A stretch of 61,926 nucleotides of DNA, counting the filler, from Chiloscyllium plagiosum (taxonomy: Eukaryota), in assembly GCF_004010195.1 (NCBI RefSeq). It is 3 parts of one record of this genome, joined end to end, with 100 filler letters (N's around TTAATTAATTAA, not from the genome) between each part and the next. Parts side by side here need not be neighbours in the genome. Positions count along the whole stretch, not along the records: positions 1 to 29,741 come from NC_057714.1; positions 29,842 to 53,448 come from NC_057714.1; 1 more part is not named here. The stretch is one strand, 5' to 3'. A program made the translations under genes and the position numbers. Within the stretch, counting starts at the first letter, position 1. Every line of letters starts with the position of its first letter. The notes beneath the pieces are model-generated. The model made no database searches. It was not told where the DNA came from and saw nothing but the letters and a program-made list of their open reading frames with translations. Positions 23,946 through 33,505 of the stretch are shown in pieces.

Positions 23946-24258
23946 TGTCTTTCGTAGTTCCTGGGTGTGTTGTGGCCCGTTGAAATAAATATACTGACTG
24001 TGAGACATGCCCATGGGGGAGGCAAGCACCAGGGCAATTAGGGATGGGCAATAAAGCACAGCACCTGATGCTCAAAACGCAAGAGTGAGTTACAAACGAG
24101 AGGCTAGAATGTGATATTATGACAATCCAATCAATGAAGGGCCTGGGAAACGGAATTTCCCTGACAATAGTGTCCCAAGATGTGAAGGAGACTGTCACCC
24201 CTTCCTGATTCAATGAGCAATTAGTGAGTGGTGTCTTACGTTGCTGTAATCAAGTTAC

Positions 24259-24278
24259 ATGCTGCCCTTTAGTGGTCA
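24259..24278 (-). promoter_or_regulatory. CTCF-like motif
   Basis: Reverse complement tgaccactaaagggcagcat is close to the CTCF core consensus CCACTAGAGGGCAGC; lies in TE-free sequence. Confidence 0.4.
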
Positions 24279-24745
24279 GAGCCATCTCTCCTTCACACGG
24301 GCCCTTATCAAGCTCTTCATCGAATGACGTACTTCAGTTACATTTCCTCAGGATGAGGCCAGTTAGAATACCTGACACCATCATTGGCAAGGAGCATCAC
24401 CAGTAATGGGGCATAATTGGCCATTAATCAGGCAGCTCTTGGTGCTAATTGATCTGGTCAAAACCTTTCCCTCTGTACACAAACAAAACGATCCGTCGCA
24501 AATCACAGTTCAGAACGCGATCCTTCCTGTTTATTTTTAATTATTTAATCAATTAATTCTAATTGGAATATTTCAGTGCTGCTGTGGGTGTCACATTGTT
24601 GGAATGATCTGGACGTGTTGGAGAGAGAGTGCAGAAGTGGCTTACAGGAATGGGTCCAGGAGTGGGAAATGTCCGATATGAAGGATGTATCGCAGAGGTT
24701 CATTGTTATTTCCAAGTGGAGTTGTGGATAGACTGGGTAGTGAAG

Positions 24746-24953
24746 CAGTCAAGGTTAGAGTGGTGCTGGAAAATCACAGCAAGTCAGGCAGCGTCCGAGG
24801 AGCAGGACAATCGATGTTTCAGGCAAAAGCCCTTCACCAGGGTAGTGACGCAGGCTCTGAGGAAAGGTCACCAGACCTGAAACCTTAACTTTGATTTCTC
24901 TTCACAGATGCTGCTAGACCTGCTGAGCTTTTCCAGCAACATCTATTGTTGTT
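24746..24953. mobile_element. Chimeric head-to-head PLE mini-insertion (family A arm plus family B arm), 10-bp TSD
   Basis: ggtagtgaag at 24736-24745 and 24954-24963; hammerhead cores at ~24810-24841 (minus) and 24857-24886 (plus). Confidence 0.72.
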
Positions 24954-25088
24954 GGTAGTGAAGAAGGCATTTGGTTGACCTGTCTTTATTGGTCAATCCA
25001 TTGGATTAGGAGGTCATGTTGCGGCTGTACAGGACATTATCTAGGCCACTTTTGGAATACTGCATTCCATTCTAGTCTCCATCCTATA

Positions 25089-26066
25089 GGAAAGCTTTCA
25101 GGAAAGGGTTCAGGAAAGGGTTCAGGAGTGGGTTCAGGCAAGCTTTCAGGAAAGGATCAGGAGAGGGTTCAGGAAAGAGTTCAGGAAAGGGTTCAGGAAA
25201 GGGTTCGGGAAAGGGTTCAGGAAAGGGTTCAGGAAAGGGTTCAGGAAAGCTTTCAGGAAAGGGTTCAGGAAAGGGTTCAGGAAAGTTTTCAGGAAAGCTT
25301 TCAGGAGTGGGTTCAGGAAAGCTTTCAGGAAAGGGTTCAGGAAAGGGTTCAGGAAAGGGTTCAGGAGAGGGTTCAGGAAAGCTTTCAGGAAAGGGTTCAG
25401 GAAAGCTTTCAGGAAAGCTTTCAGGAGAGGGTTCGGGAAAGCTTTCAGGAAAGGGTTCAGGAAAGGGTTCAGGAAAGCTTTCAGGAAAGCTTTCAGGAAA
25501 GAGTTCAGGAAAGCTTTCAGGAAAGCTTTCAGGAAAGGGTTCAGGAAAGTTTTCAGGAAAGCTTTCAGGAAAGGGTTCAGGAGAGGGTTCAGGAAAGGGT
25601 TCAGGAAAGCTTTCAGGAAAGGGTTCAGGAAAGGGTTCAGGAAAGGGTTCAGGAAAGCTTTCCCGAAAGGGTTCAGGAAAGGGTTCAGGAGAGGGTTCGG
25701 GAAAGCTTTCAGGAAAGGGTTCAGGAAAGGGTTCAGGAAAGGGTTCAGGAAAGCTTTCAGGAAAGCTTTCAGGAAAGGGTTCAGGAAAGGGTTCAGGAGT
25801 GGGTTCAGGCAAGCTTTCAGGAAAGGGTTCAGGAAAGGGTTCAGGAAAGCTTTCAGGAAAGGGTTCAGGAAAGGGTTCAGGAAAGCTTTCAGGAAAGGGT
25901 TCAGGAAAGGGTTATGGAAAGCTTTCAGGAAAGGGTTCAGGAAAAGGTTCAGGAAAGGGTTCAGGAGAGGGTTCAGGAAAGGGTTCGGGAAAGGGTTCAG
26001 GAAAGCTTTCAGGAAAGGGTTCAGGAAAGAGTTCAGGAGAGGGTTCAGGAAAGGGTTCAGGAAAGA
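25089..26066. repeat. 12-bp minisatellite (caggaaagggtt / caggaaagcttt), about 80 units
   Basis: Seen directly; the unit matches the CR1 segment gaaagggttcag (ERVQ). Confidence 0.97.
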
Positions 26067-27089
26067 TTCATGAGGATATTGCCAGGTTTGGGCGAAAGTG
26101 AGGACTGCTGATGCTGAAGACCAGAGTTGAGAGTGTGGTGCTGGAAAAGCACAGCAGGTCAGGCAGCATCCAAGGAGCAGGAGGATTAATGTTTCAGACA
26201 TAAGTGTTCATTAAGATTGGAGTGTTTGAGCAAGAGGGAGAGGCTGAAAAGGCTGGGGCTGTTTTCCCTGGAGCTTCAGAGATTGAGGGTGACCTTTTTG
26301 AGGTTTATACATTCATGAGGGACGTGAATAGGATAAATAGACAAGGTCATTTTCCCAGGGTAGGGGTGCCCAAAACTAGAGGGCATAGAGTCATAGAGAT
26401 ACGCAGCACCGAAACAGACCCTTCGGTCCGACTCATCCATACCAACCAAATATCTGATATAAATCTAGTCCCATTTGCCAGCACTTGGCCCATATCCCTC
26501 CAAACCCTTTCTATTCATGTACCCATCCAGATGCCTTTTAAGGTGAGAGGGGAAAGATTTAAAAGGGATCTAAGTGGGGGCAACTTTTTCACACAGAGGG
26601 TGGTGCGTGTATGGAATGAGCTGCCAGAGGAAGTGGTGGAGGCTGGTACAATTGCAACATTTAAAAGGCGTCTGGAATCCATATTTTTCAGCTCCATTCG
26701 AGAAAGGTGGAGAGTCCGTTGAATATTGCATCTGGGAAACAATGCTCCTAATTCTGCAGCAATGATCCGGCTCTGTCAGCCTAATGTCTGGAAAATTACT
26801 GGCAATGGGGCTTACACCCGCAATCTTTTCACTCAAAGGTACACGTACTGCATTTCAAGACTCAGAAAGCTTTAGTTTCAGTCAGCAGAACCAGGGAGAA
26901 CTGGATCTTTATTTGGAAACCAAACACGTGCAGAGTTTGGGGGGGGGTTGGGGGGGTGGGGGGGAGCAGGGCACGAAGGAGATGGGTTTTTGAAAACTCA
27001 ATCGCAGGATATGGGCGTCACTCATCATTTATTGCCCTTGAGAAGGTGGGGAGAGCTACCTTCTTCAACCAAAGATGTGGAGGTGTTTG

Positions 27090-27662
27090 TTTGGACTGGG
27101 GAGGACAAAGTTAAAAATCACACAACACCAGGTTATAGTCCAACAGCTCTATTTGGAAGCACGAGCTAGTTAGTGGGGCAGGATCATAGGGCAAGAATTT
27201 ATGGTAAAAGATTAAAGTGTCATGCCACTGATGTGGTGTCAAGAGTGTGGTGCTGGAAAATCACTGCAGTTCAGGCAGCATCCGAGGAGCAGGACAATCG
27301 ACTTTTCGGGCAAAAGCCCTTCATCTGGTCTGAGGCAGGGTGACTGCAGAGTGGAGAGGGTAATGAGGAAACTGGCGAAGTCCACATTGATGCCCTGGGG
27401 TTGAAGGGTCCCGAGGCAGAAGATAAGGGAGTGGCGGCTCCCAGTGTCATTCCTGATGAAGGGTTTATGCCCGAAATGTCGATTCCCCTGCTCCTCGGAT
27501 GCTTCCTGACCTGCTGCACTTTTCCAGCATCACACTGTAGACTCTAATCTCCAGCATCTGCAGTCCTCACTTTCTCCTAACTGATATAATGTGTTGAACA
27601 AACCTAGATTACTGTTGAGTCTTTAATCAGTCGGAATGGGGATGCAAGTTCCAATTGATTAC
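27090..27662. mobile_element. PLE family C fragment containing a family A inverted mini-element (27236-27578), itself inside LINE-B (26990-27070, 27664-27840)
   Basis: Family C terminus at 27110; inverted arms with hammerhead cores at ~27297-27328 (minus) and 27453-27480 (plus). Confidence 0.75.
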
Positions 27663-28380
27663 AGCGGTGATACAGTGGTCCCACCCACTCTGGGTTGACC
27701 CACAATGCCCTGAGGGAGGGAATTCCAGGATTTTGACCCAGAGACAGTGAAAAAACAGCGATATATTTCCAAGTCAGGACGGTGAGTGGCTTGGAGGGGA
27801 ACCTACAGGGGGTGGTGTTCCCATGTACCTGCTGCCCTTGGGGTGAATTTGAATAGCCCTTAAAAGCAGCCAACACTGTCATGACGGGCCAAAGAGCCAA
27901 CGTCTGGGCTGTAAGACTGTAAGAAAAGTTCAGGCCCTGTCCACAGTGAAGCAAGCTTCCAGCCGTTGCCGTGGAGACAGCCCCCAGCTTTACAAAACAG
28001 AGCCCCTGCTCCCCAGACAACGGCGGCTGTTTCCAAATGTTCTGAAGCTGAGCTGCCAAGCTGCAAGTCCTTTCGCTGCAGCGAGTCGTGTTGGAATGTC
28101 CCTCTCGTCGGAGCGCCAGCTGCCAACCACAATTGTCTTTGTAATTCCTCACTCAACAAGAGCCAAAGGGTCAATCCACAAACTGCAGGTCTCCAGCTGA
28201 CAGGCTGCTCAGAAAAAAATGAAAGGGACTGCTACATTGTACCCCAGCAACTCCTTTCCCCTTCGAAAGGGTTAAAACAGGTCAGTGAGATGGATTAGAG
28301 AGTCACGCGGAGACATTTCCATCCTCTGCAGTACCTTTGCGGTGCAGTCTGTTTGCTTTGAAACACAGGAGCGGGAGCAG

Positions 28381-29741
28381 GTTCACTGGTGTCCTTGAGG
28401 GATGGAAACTGCCATCCTTACCTGGTCTGGCCTACATGTGACTTCAGACCCACAGCAATGTGGTTCACTCTCAACTACTCTCTGAGAGTGACCCACTCAG
28501 TTGCATCAAGCATTACAAAGTCTCAACAAAGAGATGAAACCAGATCACCACCTACCAGCAACCCAGGCACTGGAAAGGACAACCGCAGAATCAGCCCTGC
28601 CAATCCTGCAGAGTCCTCCTCACTAACATCTGGGGGCTAGGGCCAACATTGGGAGAGCTGTCTGACAGACTGGTCAATCAACATCCTGACATAGTCATAC
28701 TCACGGGATCATACCTTACAGACAATATCCCAGACACCACCCTCCCCATGCCTGGATATGTCCTGTCCCACCGGGAGGACAGACCCAGCAGAGTGGGCAG
28801 CACAGTGGGATACAGTCCGGAGGGAGTTACTCTGGGAGTCCTCAACATTGACTCCAGACCCCATGAAGTCTCATGGCTTCAGGTTAAACATGGGCAAGGA
28901 AGCCTCCTGCTGGTTCCCACGTACCGCCCTCCCTCAGCTGATGGATCAGTTTCTCCTCCATGTTGAACAACACTTGGAGGGAGCACTGAGGGTGGTAAGG
29001 ACACAGAGTGTACTCTGGGTGGGGGGTTTCACTGTCCACCACCAAGAGGGGCTGGGCAGCAGCATTACGGACCGAGCTGGTCGGGTCCTAAAGGACACAG
29101 CTGCTAGACTGGGTCTGCGGCAGGTGGGGAGGGAACCAACAAGAGGGAAAAACACACTCAACCTCATCCTTCCCAATCTGCCGGCTGCAGGTGCATCTGT
29201 CCATGACAGTATCGGTAAGAGTGACCACCGCACAGTCCTAGTGGAGACAAAGTCCCACCTTCACACTGAGAATACCCTCCATGGTGTTGTGTGCCACTAT
29301 CACCGTGCTAAATGGGTCAGACTTCAAACAGATCCAGTAACTCAAGCCTGGGCATCCATGAGGCGCTGTGGGCCATCAACAGCAGCAGAACTGAACTCCA
29401 GCACAATCTGTAACCTCATGGCCCGGCATATCCCCCACTCAACCATTACCATCACGCCAGGGAATCAATCCTGGTTCAATGGAGAGTGCAGGAGGGTTTG
29501 CCAGGAGCAGCACCAGGCATCCCTGAAGATGAGGTGTCAAACCTGGTGAAGCTACAAACCTGCCAAACAGCAGAAACAGCAAGTGATAGACAGAGCTAAT
29601 CGATCCCACCACCAACGGATCAGATCTAAGCTCTGCAGTCCTGCCACATCCAGTTGTGAATGGTGGTGGGCAATTAAACAACTCCCTGGAGGAGGAGGCT
29701 CCACAAATATCCCCCTCCTCAGTGATGGAAGGGCCCAGCAC
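28381..29741 (+). mobile_element. LINE family B 5' region: SINE-B-like leader followed by a degenerate APE endonuclease
   Basis: NIWGL..HPDIVILTGSYL..PGYVLSHREDR..TYRPPS..EPTRGKNTLNLIL..GKSDHRTV are APE motifs, with frameshifts. Confidence 0.85.
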
Positions 29742-29785
29742 NNNNNNNNNNNNNNNNNNNNNNNNNNNNNNNNNNNNNNNNNNNN

Positions 29786-29797
29786 TTAATTAATTAA
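29786..29797. other. Artificial scaffold-gap spacer TTAATTAATTAA (second copy at 53493-53504)
   Basis: Identical 12-mer with stops in all six frames, centred between 44-N runs twice. Confidence 0.9.
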
Positions 29798-30144
29798 NNN
29801 NNNNNNNNNNNNNNNNNNNNNNNNNNNNNNNNNNNNNNNNNAGAGAGACTGAGAGAGTGAGTGAATGAGAGAGTGAGTGAGTGAGAGAGAGTGGGAGAGA
29901 GAGAGAGTATGAATAAGTGAAAGAGAGAGAGTGAGTGAGTGAGCGAGAGAGAGAGAATAAGAGAGAGAAAGAGAGAGAGTGAGACTGTTCCCATTGGTGG
30001 GTGGATCAAGAACCAATGGCTGCTAGTTTAAGGTGATTGATAGCACAGAGGACACTCGCCCAGGTTGCTCGACCAAGTGGGGAGTCAGGATTTGGAAAGC
30101 ACAGCCCGACAGATTAGCTCATAGACTCAATCATGACTTTCACA

Positions 30145-30955
30145 ATCACAGACATGTTCAGCATGGAAAAGGCCCTTTGGCCCAACTCATCCATGCCAGT
30201 CAGATATCCAAACCCAATCTAGTCCTATTTGCCAGCATTTGGCCCATATCCCTCTAAACCCTTGCTATTCATATACTCATCCAGATGCCTTTAAATATTG
30301 TAATTCTACCAGCCTCCACCCCTTCCTCTGGCAGCTCATTCCATACACGTACCACCCTCTGTGTGAAAAAGTTGCCCCTTAGGTCTCTTTTATATCTTTC
30401 CCCTCTCACCCTAAACCTATGCCCTCTAGTTCTGGACTCCCACACCCCAGGGAAAAGACTTTGTCTATTTACGCTACCCATGTCCCCTCCATCACTCCAG
30501 GGAAAACAGCCCCAGTCTGTTCAGCCTCTCCCTGTAGCTCAAACCCTCCAACCCTGGCAACATCCTTGTCAATCTTTTCTGAACCCTTTCAAGTTTCACA
30601 ACATCCTTCCTATAGCAGGGAGAGCAGAATTGAGTGTAGTATTCAGTGGCCTAAACTAATGTCCTGTACAGCTGCAACGTGACCTCCCAAATCAAAAGAG
30701 AAAATGCTAGAAAATCTCAGCAGGTCTGGCAGCATCTTAAGGAGGGAGAAGAGCTGATGTTTCGAGTCTAACTGACCCTTTGTCAAAGCATCTTACAGAT
30801 GCTGCCAGACCTGCTGAGATTTTCCAGCATTTTCTCTTTTGGTTTCAGATTCCAGCATCCCCAGTAATTTGCTTTTATGACCTCCGAAATGCTATACTCA
30901 ATGCTCTGACCAATAAATGCAGGCTTACCAAATGCCTTCATCACCACCCTGTCAT
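30145..30955 (-). mobile_element. CR1 (HER1-like) 3' fragment
   Basis: ORF 30269-30481 RTRGHRFRVRGERYKRDLRGNFFTQRVVRVWNELP. Confidence 0.9.
30693..30877. mobile_element. PLE family B inverted mini-insertion, 13-bp TSD
   Basis: tgacctcc(c/g)aaat at 30680-30692 and 30878-30890; arm aaatctcagcaggtctggcagcatc and its reverse complement. Confidence 0.78.
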
Positions 30956-31194
30956 TATCTAAAGAGGAAAATGTTGCGAGGCGATGGGGAGAAAAACACG
31001 CACTTTTGCCGGAGTCTCATAGTGTGACGGTGATTGAGGCTTCATCTCCAGCATTCCCACAGTCCAGCACTGGAGGGTTTGGAAGGAGTTTCACAAGCTG
31101 ATACTCTTAGTGTTTTGGCTGTGTAAACGAACACGCTGTTCCCTGACCATAGAGTCGTGGAGTTGTATTCAAACTCGGAGCCTCTGGCTTTTGG

Positions 31195-31520
31195 AGTGGC
31201 GCAGTGGCTCAGTGGTTAGCCCTGCTGCCTCACAGCACCAGGGACCCAGGTTCGATTCCAACCTTGGGTAACTGTCTGCGTGGAGTTTGCACATTCTCCC
31301 TGTGTCTGCTGGGTTCTGTTTGGGTGCTCCAGTTTCTTCCCATGATCCAAAGACCTGCAGGTCAGGTGAATTGGCTGTGGCTAAATTGCCCACAGTGTTA
31401 GGTGCATTAGTCAGGGGTAAGTATGGGGAATGGGTATGGGTGGGTTACTCTTTGGAAGGTCAGTGTGGACTTGTTGGGCCGAAGGGCCTGTTTCCATACT
31501 GTAGGGAATCTTATCTAATC
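31195..31520 (+). mobile_element. HE1 V-SINE, full length
   Basis: A-box gtggctcagtgg, B-box ggttcgattcc, V-domain, CR1-like tail. Confidence 0.92.
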
Positions 31521-32021
31521 AGAGGCAGGGACACCACGCAGTGCATGGTGAGTACTCCCAGGATAGCCATGACAGTATTGACTGAAGGATCAGCCTTATT
31601 GAGCCACAACCTGAACTGAGAACTACTGATGATCAGCCCTCTCACAGGAGGATCATGAAATGGCATTTAACTTGGAGGATTCGAAGCTTGGTAAGAGTGA
31701 GAGCCTCCAGAAATCAGACCTCAAGCGTCATATGATCATACAATTCAGGAGCAGGCATCAGTATTGTGCCCCTCCACTCACTTCACCATTCAATAGGATC
31801 ATGGCTGATTCACAACCCCGGATAACCTTTCACCCCCTGTGCTGAACACGGACCTCTTCATCTCTGCCTTAAAAATATCCAAAGACTCTGCTCCCACCAC
31901 CTTTTCAGAAAGAGAGCTCCAAAGACTCATGACGCTCTGAGAAAATACCAATCTAATCTCTGTTAAAAATGGGCGATCCCTGATATTTAAACAGTAGCTC
32001 CTAGTCCTATATTCTCCATAA

Positions 32022-32965
32022 TAGAGTCATAGAGATGTACAGCATGGAAACAGACCCTTCGGTCCAACCCGTCCATGTCGACCAGATATCCCAACCCAAT
32101 CTAGTCCCACCTGCTAGTACCCAGCCCATATCCCTCCAAACCCTTCCTATTCATATACCCATCCAAATGCCTCTTAAATGTTGTAATTGTACCAGCCTCC
32201 ACCACTTCCTCTGGCAGCTCATTCCATACACGTACCACCCTCTGTGTGAAAAGGTTGCCCCTTAGGTCTCTTTTATATCTTTCCCCTCTCACCCTGAACC
32301 TATGCCCTCTAGTTCTGGACTCCCCAACCCCAGGGAAAAGACTTTGTCTATTTATCCTATCCATGCCCCTCATAATTTTGTAAACCTCTATAAGGTCACC
32401 CCTCANNNNNNNNNNNNNNNNNNNNNNNNNNNNNNNNNNNNNNNNNNNNNNNNNNNNNNNNNNNNNNNNNNNNNNNNNNNNNNNNNNNNNNNNNNNNNNN
32501 NNNNNNNNNNNNNNNNNNNNNNNNNNNNNNNNNNNNNNNNNNNNNNNNNNNNNNNNNNNNNNNNNNNNNNNNNNNNNNNNNNNNNNNNNNNNNNNNNNNN
32601 NNNNNNNNNNNNNNNNNNNNNNNNNNNNNNNNNNNNNNNNNNNNNNNNNNNNNNNNNNNNNNNNNNNNNNNNNNNNNNNNNNNNNNNNNNNNNNNNNNNN
32701 NNNNNNNNNNNNNNNNNNNNNNNNNNNNNNNNNNNNNNNNNNNNNNNNNNNNNNNNNNNNNNNNNNNNNNNNNNNNNNNNNNNNNNNNNNNNNNNNNNNN
32801 NNNNNNNNNNCTGTCCACTACACCTCCAATTTTGGTGTCATCTGCAAACTTACTAACTGTACCTCTTATGCTCGCATCCAAATCATTTATGTTAATGACA
32901 AAAAGTAGAGGGCCCAGCACCGATCCTTGTGGCACTCCACTGGTCACAGGCCTCCAGTCTGAAAA
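32022..32965 (-). mobile_element. CR1 (HER1-like), RT core to 3' tail, spanning a gap
   Basis: [21 protein letters not shown] (32811-32947) and an intact C-terminus ORF 32101-32373. Confidence 0.92.
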
Positions 32966-33039
32966 ACTCCGTCTCCATTTCTAGCTTGTTCAGACCCCTC
33001 AGGATCTTATAACCTTTCAATCAAGTCACCTCTTACTCC

Positions 33040-33505
33040 TGTTATGGACCAGGCCAGGCCCCCCCCCCACCGCCCCCCCAAAATGTTTTAAGATGTTAGC
33101 CCTGATCCTACTATTTAATTGTATTTTTCCAGCAGACGGGAAGTGGATATTCCAGGACTGGGGCAGCTGGTCAAACCACTCGGCTTTAAGCGAAACAGAA
33201 TTCATTTAAACATTGGGGATGACACATAAAGAAAAGAAAACAGAGTTTAGAATAACTTAACTTTTTTGATAACCCAACCGACTGGATTGCAACTTAACGA
33301 AGGAGCTGTTGTAATCCCTGCAAACCCACCCCTTGGCAATAGGTTCTTACAGGCAGGAGAGATTTCAGAGAGAATGTTCAGGCAAGGCCCTTGTTGAAAT
33401 GTGGAACCTTGTTTCACCGTAGCTGCTTCTCTAGGTCTGACAGGAGTTTTTTGACTGCTTGCTAAAAACAGACCGAACTAGAAACAAAAACCGAAAATGG
33501 GAGAA
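33040..33505. mobile_element. LTR-like fragment starting tgttatgg, interrupted by CR1 (likely resumes ~35716-35750)
   Basis: TG start abruptly interrupts a LINE fragment; no ORF; no matching right end found. Confidence 0.5.

Larger units (their letters stand above)
24600..26677 (+). mobile_element. CR1 3' region carrying two PLE insertions, a 12-bp satellite and an inverted copy of its own tail
   Basis: gaagaaggcatttgg..gtcatgttgcggctgtacaggaca before the array; ERFMRILPGL and GDLFEVY..NFFTQRVVRVWNELP after it. Confidence 0.85.

Noticed and set aside
24975..26201. [16 protein letters not shown] and LNPF repeat proteins
   Set aside because: Translations of a 12-bp satellite inside a dead CR1; open on both strands simply because the unit lacks stops
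29786..29797. Conserved palindrome TTAATTAATTAA occurring twice
   Set aside because: Both copies sit between 44-N runs; this is a scaffolding spacer, not biology
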